DNA of 30,422 nt from an uncultured archaeon (GTDB lineage Archaea; Iainarchaeota; Iainarchaeia; Iainarchaeales; CSSED10-239): assembly GCA_964586355.1 (NCBI GenBank), contig CAZPGO010000035.1, positions 1 to 30,422 on the forward strand, given 5' to 3'. Shown piece after piece: positions 7,800-16,210 of the stretch. The number at the start of each line of letters is the position of its first letter. The first letter of the stretch is position 1. The translations under genes were made by a program, and so were the position numbers. The notes beneath the pieces were generated by a model. It searched no databases, had not been told where the DNA came from, and saw nothing but the letters and a program-made list of their open reading frames with translations.

Positions 7800-9758
7800 A
7801 TGATAAAAGACAAAACAAAAAAAATACTATTAATATTATTAATTTCTGTTTTAATTTTTATACTTGGTTTTGCTATTAGAGGCCATTTATTAAAATATGA
7901 CTATTTATTTGAGTATGATCCATATTGGCATCTAAGAGTAACTGGGTATGTTTTACAAGGAGAGTTACCCTCAAATGACCCCTTAGGATTTTACTTAACT
8001 GGTGGAACTAGATACACAGGTTGGCCAAGTTTATTATGGCGATTTACTGCTTGGATCTACAAGATAACAACATTTGGAGCAAGTTATAATAAAGAGCTTT
8101 TAATGAGTTATGCTAGAGTTTTGCCAGCCATATTTGGTGCACTTATTGCTGTGAGTATGTTCTTTTTAGGAAAAAAAATGTATGACACAAAAACAGGAAT
8201 AATGATGGGATTACTCTCAGCAGTAATACCCGCATTTGTCTATAGAACCATGGCTGGGTTTTTTGAAGAAGATGCTTTAGGGTTTTTATGGATGGTTATT
8301 GGTTTTATTTTTTTAGTTATGGCTATAGAAAGATCTAAACTACAAAATAAAATAAAATCATGCTCAATAATATATGCAATAATTGCTGGATTATTCTTTT
8401 GGTTAATGGCAATTACTTGGGAGATGTTTTTATTAATTCCTTTGGTTTTAATTGCCTATTATTTTACTCAAATGGTTTATCTATTAATAAGAAAAGAAAA
8501 AAAGCAAAAGATCATAATTTTTTCAATAATCTTTGCAATAGCTTTTTTCTTGTTTGCAACTTTAACAACTATTAGTGGTGGACCTGTGTGGATTAATAGA
8601 ACCACTGAATATGTTACTCAGTATCTTCCTATTTCAAGTGATAATCTTGAAAGAATTAGTAGTAATACTGTTGTAGAAAGTGATGTTGTTGGAGCCACAG
8701 TTGGTGAAGAAAATACTGGTAAACAATTTTTCTTAGAAAAATATAGTTTGTTAATATTTATTCCATTTTTAGTTTTGCCAATAATAATAATAAACTTTAT
8801 AAGATCTGCCTTTACAAAAAAAGGCAAAGAAAAACCAGCAGATTTTCATACCCTAATTATTTTTTACTGGTTATTGATAACAACCTTTATGGCATGGACC
8901 AAATTAAAATTCACTTACACCTTGGGTTTGCCTATTGCTGCTGGTGCAGCATATTTGTTTTATCTTGTCTTTAACTATATTAAAGATAAATCCCTATTAA
9001 AAAAAAGAATATTTGCATTTTTTGTTTTATTTATGGTTTTAGGTTCTATTGCTGCAGGAATTCATTTTGTAATAACAAAAGTAAATCCTATAGAGCAAGA
9101 ACCAGATTGGTTAGATACCATGAACTGGATAAAAGAGAATACAGGAAAAGAGGTTAAAATCTTTAATTGGTGGGATTATGGTCATTGGATAACTTATTTT
9201 ACTGAAAGAAAAGCAAGTACAGATAACACCAATTCAAATAATAGGGCAACTAGTGACTTTGGAAAATTTATAATTTCACAAGATATTAATGAAAGTAAAG
9301 AGCTATTAAGAAAATATGATGCCGATTATGTTTTAGTAGATAGTAAAACTTTACAAAAGCATATGGCCTTTGCTTTATATGCTCATCTTACTATTAACTA
9401 TCAAGATCCTAGAGTGCAAAAGTATCTATCTATGAGATCAGATTGCCAAAAACACAAAACTCCAATAACAAATGTTGTTAGTTATGTGTGTAATAATCAA
9501 AGTTTTACTGAAGAAGGTTTTTTAGATATGCCAACAACTTGGAAAAGTACACCTTATATTGTTGACCAAGGCACGCCTCTTTATGTTTATAGAGATCTTA
9601 ACAACTCTGCATTTTATTTGTTTAATAATGCGGTAAACAAAACAATATTTGTAAGACTTTGGTTTAACGATCCATCTGTAGAGCCTATTTTAGATCTGGT
9701 CTACTCTAAAGGGGATGTTAGGTTATATAAAGTAAATAAGGAGTTATTAAATAATTAA
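7800..9758 (+). CDS. aglB: Oligosaccharyltransferase AglB (STT3 family)
   Basis: 652 aa with a multi-TM N-terminal half and a soluble C-terminal domain carrying the diagnostic WWDYG motif (FNWWDYGHWITYF). Confidence 0.85.
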   Translation: MIKDKTKKILLILLISVLIFILGFAIRGHLLKYDYLFEYDPYWHLRVTGYVLQGELPSNDPLGFYLTGGTRYTGWPSLLWRFTAWIYKITTFGASYNKELLMSYARVLPAIFGALIAVSMFFLGKKMYDTKTGIMMGLLSAVIPAFVYRTMAGFFEEDALGFLWMVIGFIFLVMAIERSKLQNKIKSCSIIYAIIAGLFFWLMAITWEMFLLIPLVLIAYYFTQMVYLLIRKEKKQKIIIFSIIFAIAFFLFATLTTISGGPVWINRTTEYVTQYLPISSDNLERISSNTVVESDVVGATVGEENTGKQFFLEKYSLLIFIPFLVLPIIIINFIRSAFTKKGKEKPADFHTLIIFYWLLITTFMAWTKLKFTYTLGLPIAAGAAYLFYLVFNYIKDKSLLKKRIFAFFVLFMVLGSIAAGIHFVITKVNPIEQEPDWLDTMNWIKENTGKEVKIFNWWDYGHWITYFTERKASTDNTNSNNRATSDFGKFIISQDINESKELLRKYDADYVLVDSKTLQKHMAFALYAHLTINYQDPRVQKYLSMRSDCQKHKTPITNVVSYVCNNQSFTEEGFLDMPTTWKSTPYIVDQGTPLYVYRDLNNSAFYLFNNAVNKTIFVRLWFNDPSVEPILDLVYSKGDVRLYKVNKELLNN

Positions 9759-9770
9759 AAAAGATTCTAA

Positions 9771-10796
9771 ATGTTAGAAATTATTATTTTATCTTCTCTT
9801 TTTGCATTATTTACAGCCATCTTTGCATTAGGTTATTTTAAGTCCTTTTTTGTATCAAGAGACATAATAGCAATAGATCAGCAAAAAAAAGAAAAGCCTG
9901 TTTTGCCACAATCAGGAGGTTTTCCTGTTTTTTTTGGAATATTACTTGGAGTTTGTTTTTTTTTATTATTTTCTGTATTCTTTTCTACAATAAATACTGC
10001 TTTAATTTTAGTATCTTTACTCTCTATTTTACTTGCTATGTTAGTTGGATTTTTTGATGATATTAATTTAAGTAAAGAGCCAGTAAAAAACATCTATGGA
10101 GATCTAGAAATAAGAGTTGGATTAACACAAATAGCTAAACCAGTTTTAACACTAATAGCATCCATTCCTTTAATATCTTTACTAGTTGGTGATTTTTTTC
10201 TAACTTTGCCTTTTATAGGTCACATAAATTTAGGATATTTTTATTCATTTTTATTTGTACCGCTTTTTTTTATAGTATTAACAAATGCCACAAATATGCT
10301 TGCAGGAGCAAATGGGTTAGAAGCAGGATCTATGTTTTTAATTACTTTGGCATTAGGGATTTTTTGTTTGATAAATGGAAGAATTGAAGCAGCAATCATT
10401 TCAATAATCTCTTGTTTTGCAGTAATCCCTTTTTTAGTAAATAATTGGTATCCTGCAAAAATACTTCCAGGAGATTCTCTGACCTATCTTTTTGGGGCCG
10501 TATATGCTACTGTTGCAATTGTTGGAAATGTTGAAATGTTTGCAACATTTATTTTTATTCCTTGGGCTATAGAAATACTTTTAAAGTTAAGAGGGAAACT
10601 AAAAGTTAGATCTCTAGGGGATCTACAAAAAGACGGGACTTTACAAAAACCCTATAAAAACATTTATTCTTGGACACATATCATGATGTGGATTCCAGAA
10701 TGGTTTGGCAAACGTGCAAAAGAATATCAAATAACTGTTGGTATTTTAGCTGTTGAGTTGTTAGTTATTGTTATAGGTTTTATTTTATTTTTATAA
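9771..10796 (+). CDS. aglH: Dolichyl-phosphate HexNAc-1-phosphate transferase (GT4, MraY/WecA/AglH family)
   Basis: 341-aa polytopic membrane protein with GFFDDINL (DD motif) and NATNMLAGANGLEAGS (archaeal/eukaryal GPT-type motif). It is adjacent to aglB. Confidence 0.75.
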   Translation: MLEIIILSSLFALFTAIFALGYFKSFFVSRDIIAIDQQKKEKPVLPQSGGFPVFFGILLGVCFFLLFSVFFSTINTALILVSLLSILLAMLVGFFDDINLSKEPVKNIYGDLEIRVGLTQIAKPVLTLIASIPLISLLVGDFFLTLPFIGHINLGYFYSFLFVPLFFIVLTNATNMLAGANGLEAGSMFLITLALGIFCLINGRIEAAIISIISCFAVIPFLVNNWYPAKILPGDSLTYLFGAVYATVAIVGNVEMFATFIFIPWAIEILLKLRGKLKVRSLGDLQKDGTLQKPYKNIYSWTHIMMWIPEWFGKRAKEYQITVGILAVELLVIVIGFILFL

Positions 10797-11864
10797 GAAA
10801 TCACAAAGTCTTTTTTGACATTTAATATCTTTAAGTATTTCTGATTTTTTTGACCAGTAATCAACACCATTTTTTATACCTAAAGAATCAATAAAGGCAA
10901 GAGCTGAGTTTAGATCATCAAATACAAAAGGATTTTTTTCAAAAGCTGTTTTTATTGCTTCTCTTATTACCCAAACCCCTTTAGAAGAATAACTTTCATT
11001 AATTTCTCTAAAAATTATTGTTGTTGCTTTTCTTTTTATTTTTTGTAAATATTTACTAACTTCTATTCTTGAGGCATAATATCCACCAGTAACAGAGGTC
11101 GCATATGTTTTTCTAGGTTCATTAATTTCATAATCTTTACACAAAAAATTATTTTGTTCTTCTATTTGTTCAAAGCCCCAGTTTCTAGGGATTAACAGTA
11201 TATAGAATTTATTATTATAATATTCTTGAAAGAATACAAGATATTTATCAATAGTGTTATTAATCAAGATATTGTTTATAACATCCCTTGAAACAATATC
11301 ATCTACAGAAGTAATAGCCCATCTTGTAGGAACCAAAATCCTTTTTTTTTCTTGTCCTAATAGACCAGATGAAAGAATCTGTTCTATTTTGTAAACATCA
11401 TTAAGTTTTTTATTAAGATCTATAATTCCTTCTCTTGCTTTAAGATCTTTGTCTGTTACTACTTTGTCTATTATTTTTGGAATTTTAATGTTGTCTATTA
11501 TTTTTATGTTTTCAAGTTCATAAGAAAAATTACTAATTCCACTAATGTTTTCTTTAACCAGTTTAGGAGTTTTTTCTAAGTCTAATTCAAGTTCTGCAGT
11601 TTTATATGTTTGAGATAGTAGTTGTAACTCCAAAAGTTCTTTATTAGGGTGTCTTGTATCTTCTTTATGTACTCTTTTAAAAGAAAATATCTGTTTAGAT
11701 CTATATTTTTCAATCTCTTTAGTTTCTTTTTTAATCCAAGTGTTAGGAGAGTGTTCTTTTGCAAGACCATACTCCAAAAAAACTCCTGGACCTATAAATA
11801 GATTAGGGTAATTATTTTCATAAACTAAGTTAAATGGCTTAGAATAAAATTGTTTTTTTTCCAC
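10791..11864 (-). CDS. nreA: Putative Nre-family (DUF650/DUF651) DNA repair protein with C-terminal PIP box
   Basis: 357 aa. The central VPTRWAITSVDD motif resembles my recollection of the Nre N-domain. The extreme C-terminus QKRLCDFL fits the PCNA-interaction consensus Qxx[LIM]xx[FY][FYL], as reported for Nre proteins. The family call is unverified. Confidence 0.45.
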   Translation of the reverse strand: MEKKQFYSKPFNLVYENNYPNLFIGPGVFLEYGLAKEHSPNTWIKKETKEIEKYRSKQIFSFKRVHKEDTRHPNKELLELQLLSQTYKTAELELDLEKTPKLVKENISGISNFSYELENIKIIDNIKIPKIIDKVVTDKDLKAREGIIDLNKKLNDVYKIEQILSSGLLGQEKKRILVPTRWAITSVDDIVSRDVINNILINNTIDKYLVFFQEYYNNKFYILLIPRNWGFEQIEEQNNFLCKDYEINEPRKTYATSVTGGYYASRIEVSKYLQKIKRKATTIIFREINESYSSKGVWVIREAIKTAFEKNPFVFDDLNSALAFIDSLGIKNGVDYWSKKSEILKDIKCQKRLCDFL

Positions 11865-11885
11865 TTTATTATTTTAGTATTGGAA

Positions 11886-11898
11886 TATTTTAAATATG
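11886..11898 (-). promoter_or_regulatory. TATA-like element for the nre-like gene (predicts a near-leaderless mRNA)
   Basis: The 13-mer TATTTTAAATATG (minus-strand reading CATATTTAAAATA) lies 22-34 nt upstream of the ATG at 11864. Confidence 0.35.
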
Positions 11899-11935
11899 TT
11901 TATTCTTTTTTACTAAAATCTTCAAAAATAGTTAG

Positions 11936-11948
11936 TATTTTAAATATG
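11936..11948 (+). promoter_or_regulatory. Second identical copy of the 13-mer TATA-like element, upstream of the 12007 gene
   Basis: This is an exact repeat of TATTTTAAATATG 50 nt from the first copy. It lies about 60 nt upstream of ATG 12007, which has an AAGGAG SD at 11994-11999. Confidence 0.35.
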
Positions 11949-12006
11949 GTCTTACTAAATATAATATAGAAAGAATTATTTTTTAAAGAAAATAAGGAGA
12001 ATTTTT

Positions 12007-12642
12007 ATGTTAACAGAAGTAGGTAAAAAAAAAAGAGGTCCAAGAGCTTTAGTTGAATATTTTTATAATAAGGTAAATATTTCTAATGCTTTTGGTGTTG
12101 TTTTAATACTATTATTATTAAATATCATTTTTTATTTTATAATCAAAATGCCAAAGTTAGGTCTACAAATAATATATGAGATCTATTCTAGTGTTTTTGT
12201 TAGTTGGTTTGTAGTTGGTCTTGTACTTTTCTTAATGGTTTATTTTATAAAAAGTGCAAAAAAATTACCAAAAAGACCATTAGAGAAAATATTATCTGGC
12301 TTGGCTTCTTTTAGAATACCTACTATTGTTTATAGTTTGTTTTCTTTTTTAATAGTTTTGTTATTTTTTCCAAATCTACTAACATTATTACAAAGTTTTT
12401 TATCAAACCCAGCAATAATTGCTAGTGAAACTTTTATGCCAGTAATAACTACTTTTAATATAATTGGGTTGCTTTTATTAGGTCTCTTGACTACAGCATT
12501 TTTAGTTTATATTATAGTAATGATGTTTGTTTTTGTAGAAACAGTATTTGATACTAAAAACTTTTTTACAAAATTAGGTTTAGTTATTTTATTTTTATTT
12601 ATTCTTTGGTTTTGCTCTTGGATTTTTGGCCTACCATTTTAA
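12007..12642 (+). CDS. Hypothetical polytopic membrane protein (about 5 TM; possibly Yip1-like, unverified)
   Basis: 211-aa ORF preceded by a good SD. It has five long hydrophobic segments and no recognisable motif. Confidence 0.5.
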   Translation: MLTEVGKKKRGPRALVEYFYNKVNISNAFGVVLILLLLNIIFYFIIKMPKLGLQIIYEIYSSVFVSWFVVGLVLFLMVYFIKSAKKLPKRPLEKILSGLASFRIPTIVYSLFSFLIVLLFFPNLLTLLQSFLSNPAIIASETFMPVITTFNIIGLLLLGLLTTAFLVYIIVMMFVFVETVFDTKNFFTKLGLVILFLFILWFCSWIFGLPF

Positions 12643-12673
12643 TTTTTATTTTTTTTAGTGTGAGATCTTTTTT

Positions 12674-15154
12674 ATGTTAAAAATATTTAAAAAACAAAAT
12701 ATTGAAGAAAAAGAAGATCCTATTAAAGATTCTTTACAAGGCATTTTATTAAATTCTTATTATAAAGATGACAAACTTTTTTGTGTTATTAAAACAAGTA
12801 AAGAAAAAAAAAGATATGTTATAGATTTTTCGCCCTATTTTTATTTAACCACAACAGGTTTATTATCAGAAGAGAATAAAACAGAAATAAAAGAAAAGCT
12901 TTTTTTAAAAGATTTATTTTTGGATTCAAAAGAAAACCATGAATTTTGTTATAGATGTGTTTTTTACAAAGTCTCTGATCTTATAGAAATTAGAAATAAG
13001 CTAATGAATTTAGAAATAAATTTTTCCTTTAACTATAAATTATTTGAATATGATATACCTTTTATTTATAGATTTTTCTTAGAAAAAAAGATCTCTAATT
13101 TTAGATATGTTTTATATGTTCTAAATAAAGAGAATAAGATAATAGAGATTAAAGATATAGGAAAAGTAGAAGTTAAAGAGCTTATTACAGGCTGTTTTGA
13201 TATAGAAGTTTTAGTCTCCAACACTTTAGCTTTTCCAACTCCAGGAAAAGATCCCATTATTTCAATTAGTTATTTAGATTCTAAGTATAATAGATCTGTG
13301 TTTTTTTTAAGTGAAAAAGAATTATCAGATTCAAAAATTCAAGAATATAAAAAAGATTTAGCACTTAAAGATTTTTATAACTACACAAATGAGTTTGATC
13401 TAATAAATGGTTTTTTAAAATTTGTAAAAGAAAAAGACCCTGATCTAATTTATACCTATAACGGTGTGTTTGATTTTGAATATTTACAAAAAGCCTATAA
13501 CTCACACACACAAAAAGATTTTATTTTTGCAGATAGCCCATTAATATTTACAAAAAGACCAAGTAAAAGAATTACTTTGGAAAATATTGTGCATATGGAT
13601 GTTTATATAATTTTAAAACAATTAAATTATTTACAAGTGTTTAATCAACCAAAATTAGATCTTAATACCATTTACACAAAATTAACAAACAATTCTAAAA
13701 AAGAATTGCCTCCTAAAAATATGAGAGAGGCTTATCTAAATAAAGAATATAAAAAAATAATAGAGTATAATCTAGATGATGTACTAGCAACACAACACCT
13801 TGCAGAAAACTATCAAAATCTTGTAATTGAGATGGCAAATTATCTTAATGCACCAGTTTTAGATATACTTAATTCTGCAGCAGGTAGCTTGGTTGAAAAG
13901 CAGTTTATAAAATATTATTTTGAACATAACTTGTTAGTTCCTAATAAACCATCCCAACAAGAAATAATAGAAAGAAACAAATATTCTTTTACTGGGGGAT
14001 ATGTAAAGCAACCAATTTCAGGAATTCATAATAATATTGCTGTTTTGGATTTTAGAAGTTATCACATATCTATTTTAATGTCTTATAATATAAGTCCAGA
14101 GACCATTAACTGCTCCTGTTGTAAGAACACAGATCTTTCTTTAAAAACTTCTGTTTTAGGAAACTATATTTGTAAAAAGAAAAAAGGTTTTGTGCCAATT
14201 ATTGTTGATCAATTACTAACACAAAGAATGAAAAACAAAGATCTTATGAACACTTTTTCAAAAGATTCAAAAGAATATAGATCATTATATGCAAAACAAT
14301 ATGCACAAAAAATACTTCTAGCATCAACCTATGGGTATATGGGTTTTTCTGGATCTAGATGGTATTCTCGTCAAGTTTTGGATATTATGTTTTTTTTAGT
14401 GAGATCAAAGATTCAAGATGTAATTACAGATTTTGAAAATTTAGGTTATTTGGTTCTTTATGGGGACACCGATTCCTGTTTTATACAGTTTACAAATCTA
14501 GACAAATTACAGAAAGATCTTTATAAGATCTCTTTAAATCTTCCAAAAGATATGCATTTGGAACTAGAGGAAGTGTATATGTCTGGAATATTTGTAAAAT
14601 CCAGAGATAAAGAAAAAACAGCAAAAAAGAAATATGCTCTTCTTGATTTTAATGAAAATTTAAAAATAAAAGGTTTTGAGTATGTAAGACATGATTGGTG
14701 TATTTTAGTAAAAGAAACTCAAAAAGAAATATTAAAATTAATATTAAAAGAGCAAGATCCAAAAAAAGCAGTAATCTTCATACAAAATGTAATTTCTGAT
14801 CTTGAACAAAAAGAGGTGCCGAATAGTAAACTAGTTATTCAAACTTTTTTAAGAAAAAGTATTTCTAGTTACAAAACAAAAAACCCAGTAATGTCTGCAG
14901 TAATTTCTGCAAAGAAATTAGGAGTGAAAATAAAAACAGGACAATTAATAGAATATGTAATAACAGAAAAAGGAGCAACTATTTCAGAAAAAGCAAAACT
15001 AGTAGAGTTTGTAAAAGAAAAAGAATATGATTCTAATTACTATATTAATAATCAATTACTCCCTGCAATTTTACCAATCTTAGAAGAATTTAATGTAACA
15101 AAAGAAGAACTATTAACAAGCACAAAACAAAAAGGGATTGGAGAGTTTTTTTAA
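12674..15154 (+). CDS. polB: DNA polymerase, family B, with 3'-5' exonuclease domain and C-terminal PIP box
   Basis: 826 aa. Motifs present: Exo I (FDIE), Exo II (YNGVFDFEYL), Exo III (YNLDDV), motif A (LDFRSYHISIL, variant), motif B (KILLASTYG, variant), motif C (YGDTDS), and the C-terminal QKGIGEFF. Confidence 0.92.
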   Translation: MLKIFKKQNIEEKEDPIKDSLQGILLNSYYKDDKLFCVIKTSKEKKRYVIDFSPYFYLTTTGLLSEENKTEIKEKLFLKDLFLDSKENHEFCYRCVFYKVSDLIEIRNKLMNLEINFSFNYKLFEYDIPFIYRFFLEKKISNFRYVLYVLNKENKIIEIKDIGKVEVKELITGCFDIEVLVSNTLAFPTPGKDPIISISYLDSKYNRSVFFLSEKELSDSKIQEYKKDLALKDFYNYTNEFDLINGFLKFVKEKDPDLIYTYNGVFDFEYLQKAYNSHTQKDFIFADSPLIFTKRPSKRITLENIVHMDVYIILKQLNYLQVFNQPKLDLNTIYTKLTNNSKKELPPKNMREAYLNKEYKKIIEYNLDDVLATQHLAENYQNLVIEMANYLNAPVLDILNSAAGSLVEKQFIKYYFEHNLLVPNKPSQQEIIERNKYSFTGGYVKQPISGIHNNIAVLDFRSYHISILMSYNISPETINCSCCKNTDLSLKTSVLGNYICKKKKGFVPIIVDQLLTQRMKNKDLMNTFSKDSKEYRSLYAKQYAQKILLASTYGYMGFSGSRWYSRQVLDIMFFLVRSKIQDVITDFENLGYLVLYGDTDSCFIQFTNLDKLQKDLYKISLNLPKDMHLELEEVYMSGIFVKSRDKEKTAKKKYALLDFNENLKIKGFEYVRHDWCILVKETQKEILKLILKEQDPKKAVIFIQNVISDLEQKEVPNSKLVIQTFLRKSISSYKTKNPVMSAVISAKKLGVKIKTGQLIEYVITEKGATISEKAKLVEFVKEKEYDSNYYINNQLLPAILPILEEFNVTKEELLTSTKQKGIGEFF

Positions 15155-16068
15155 AATCTATTTTTTTGTGACCATATGGAAAAACTTTCTGGGGAAAACA
15201 CTCCAACTTCTGTGATAAATTTATCTATTAGTTCATTAGGAGTGATATCAAAAGCAGGATTTTTAAGTAAAAGATTTTTTGGTCTTTTTTCTTTTTCCCA
15301 AATTTCTGAATCACTTCTTTCTTCTATAGCTCCTCTAATATTTAATAGATCATTACTTTCATAACAATGGGTTGTGGTTAGAACAATATGAGGTGTTTTG
15401 AAATTATTTGCAACTATACTAATACTATGTGTGCCTATCTTGTTCATTACAGATCCATCAGAAAAAATAACATCTGCCCCAGTTAAAAAAAAATCTATTT
15501 TTTTAAGATAACTAGATACTGCAGAATCAACAATCTGAATTGTATTTATTCCATAATCACTTAATGCTTTTGCAGTAATCCTTCCTTGATACCTTGGTCT
15601 GGTCTCTGTACAGTAAACAGTAAAATTAATTCCTTTGTCGTGTGCTTTTTTAAGAGCTTTTTCAACAAGGTTAGAATGACAATGAGTAAGAACACTAGTT
15701 CCATCTGTTATTAGTTGACTGGTAGTCTCAACAATTTTTTGATTGTTTTTTATAATATTTACTCCATACTCGTCAATTGCTTTAATTAGTTTTTCTCTTT
15801 CCTCTTTTTTTGAAAATTTTTGAGAATATATTAAAATATAGTTTAGGGAGTTTCTAAGTTTTGGTTCATTTAGTCTTTGTTTTATTAAATGGTTTATATT
15901 TTCTTTAAGCTCTTCTATAAACTCTAAACCCTCCTTATCGGTTTTTTGAATATATCCATAGATTACTCCTATGGCTGCAAGTTCAATTTTACTGGCTCCT
16001 TGTATCTTTATCTCTTTTATCTCTTGTGCTATTTTTCTTACATTAATATCAATCATTTTATTAATCAC
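15151..16068 (-). CDS. eIF-2B alpha/beta/delta-family isomerase, most consistent with ribose-1,5-bisphosphate isomerase
   Basis: 305 aa with THCHSN (candidate catalytic Cys) and TGADVIFSDGSVMNKIGTH (candidate catalytic Asp plus NKIGT). Length and motifs look closer to the archaeal e2b2/R15P isomerase group than to MtnA (TxCNxG). Confidence 0.6.
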   Translation of the reverse strand: MINKMIDINVRKIAQEIKEIKIQGASKIELAAIGVIYGYIQKTDKEGLEFIEELKENINHLIKQRLNEPKLRNSLNYILIYSQKFSKKEEREKLIKAIDEYGVNIIKNNQKIVETTSQLITDGTSVLTHCHSNLVEKALKKAHDKGINFTVYCTETRPRYQGRITAKALSDYGINTIQIVDSAVSSYLKKIDFFLTGADVIFSDGSVMNKIGTHSISIVANNFKTPHIVLTTTHCYESNDLLNIRGAIEERSDSEIWEKEKRPKNLLLKNPAFDITPNELIDKFITEVGVFSPESFSIWSQKNRF

Positions 16069-16197
16069 CTATAAATAAAGATAAAATAGATTTATATTTA
16101 AAGGTTTCTTATCTAATATTTATATATTTTATATGTTTATTTCTCTTATTTTTAAGTAAATTTAAAAAGATCTATAGAGATGATTATATTTTTTAAA

Positions 16198-16204
16198 AAG
16201 GTGA
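16198..16204 (+). promoter_or_regulatory. Shine-Dalgarno (AAGGTGA) for the TTG-initiated ftsZ
   Basis: It lies 6 nt upstream of TTG 16211. There is no in-frame ATG between the upstream stop and the conserved IYVIGVGG segment. Confidence 0.5.
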
Positions 16205-16210
16205 GTTTTT

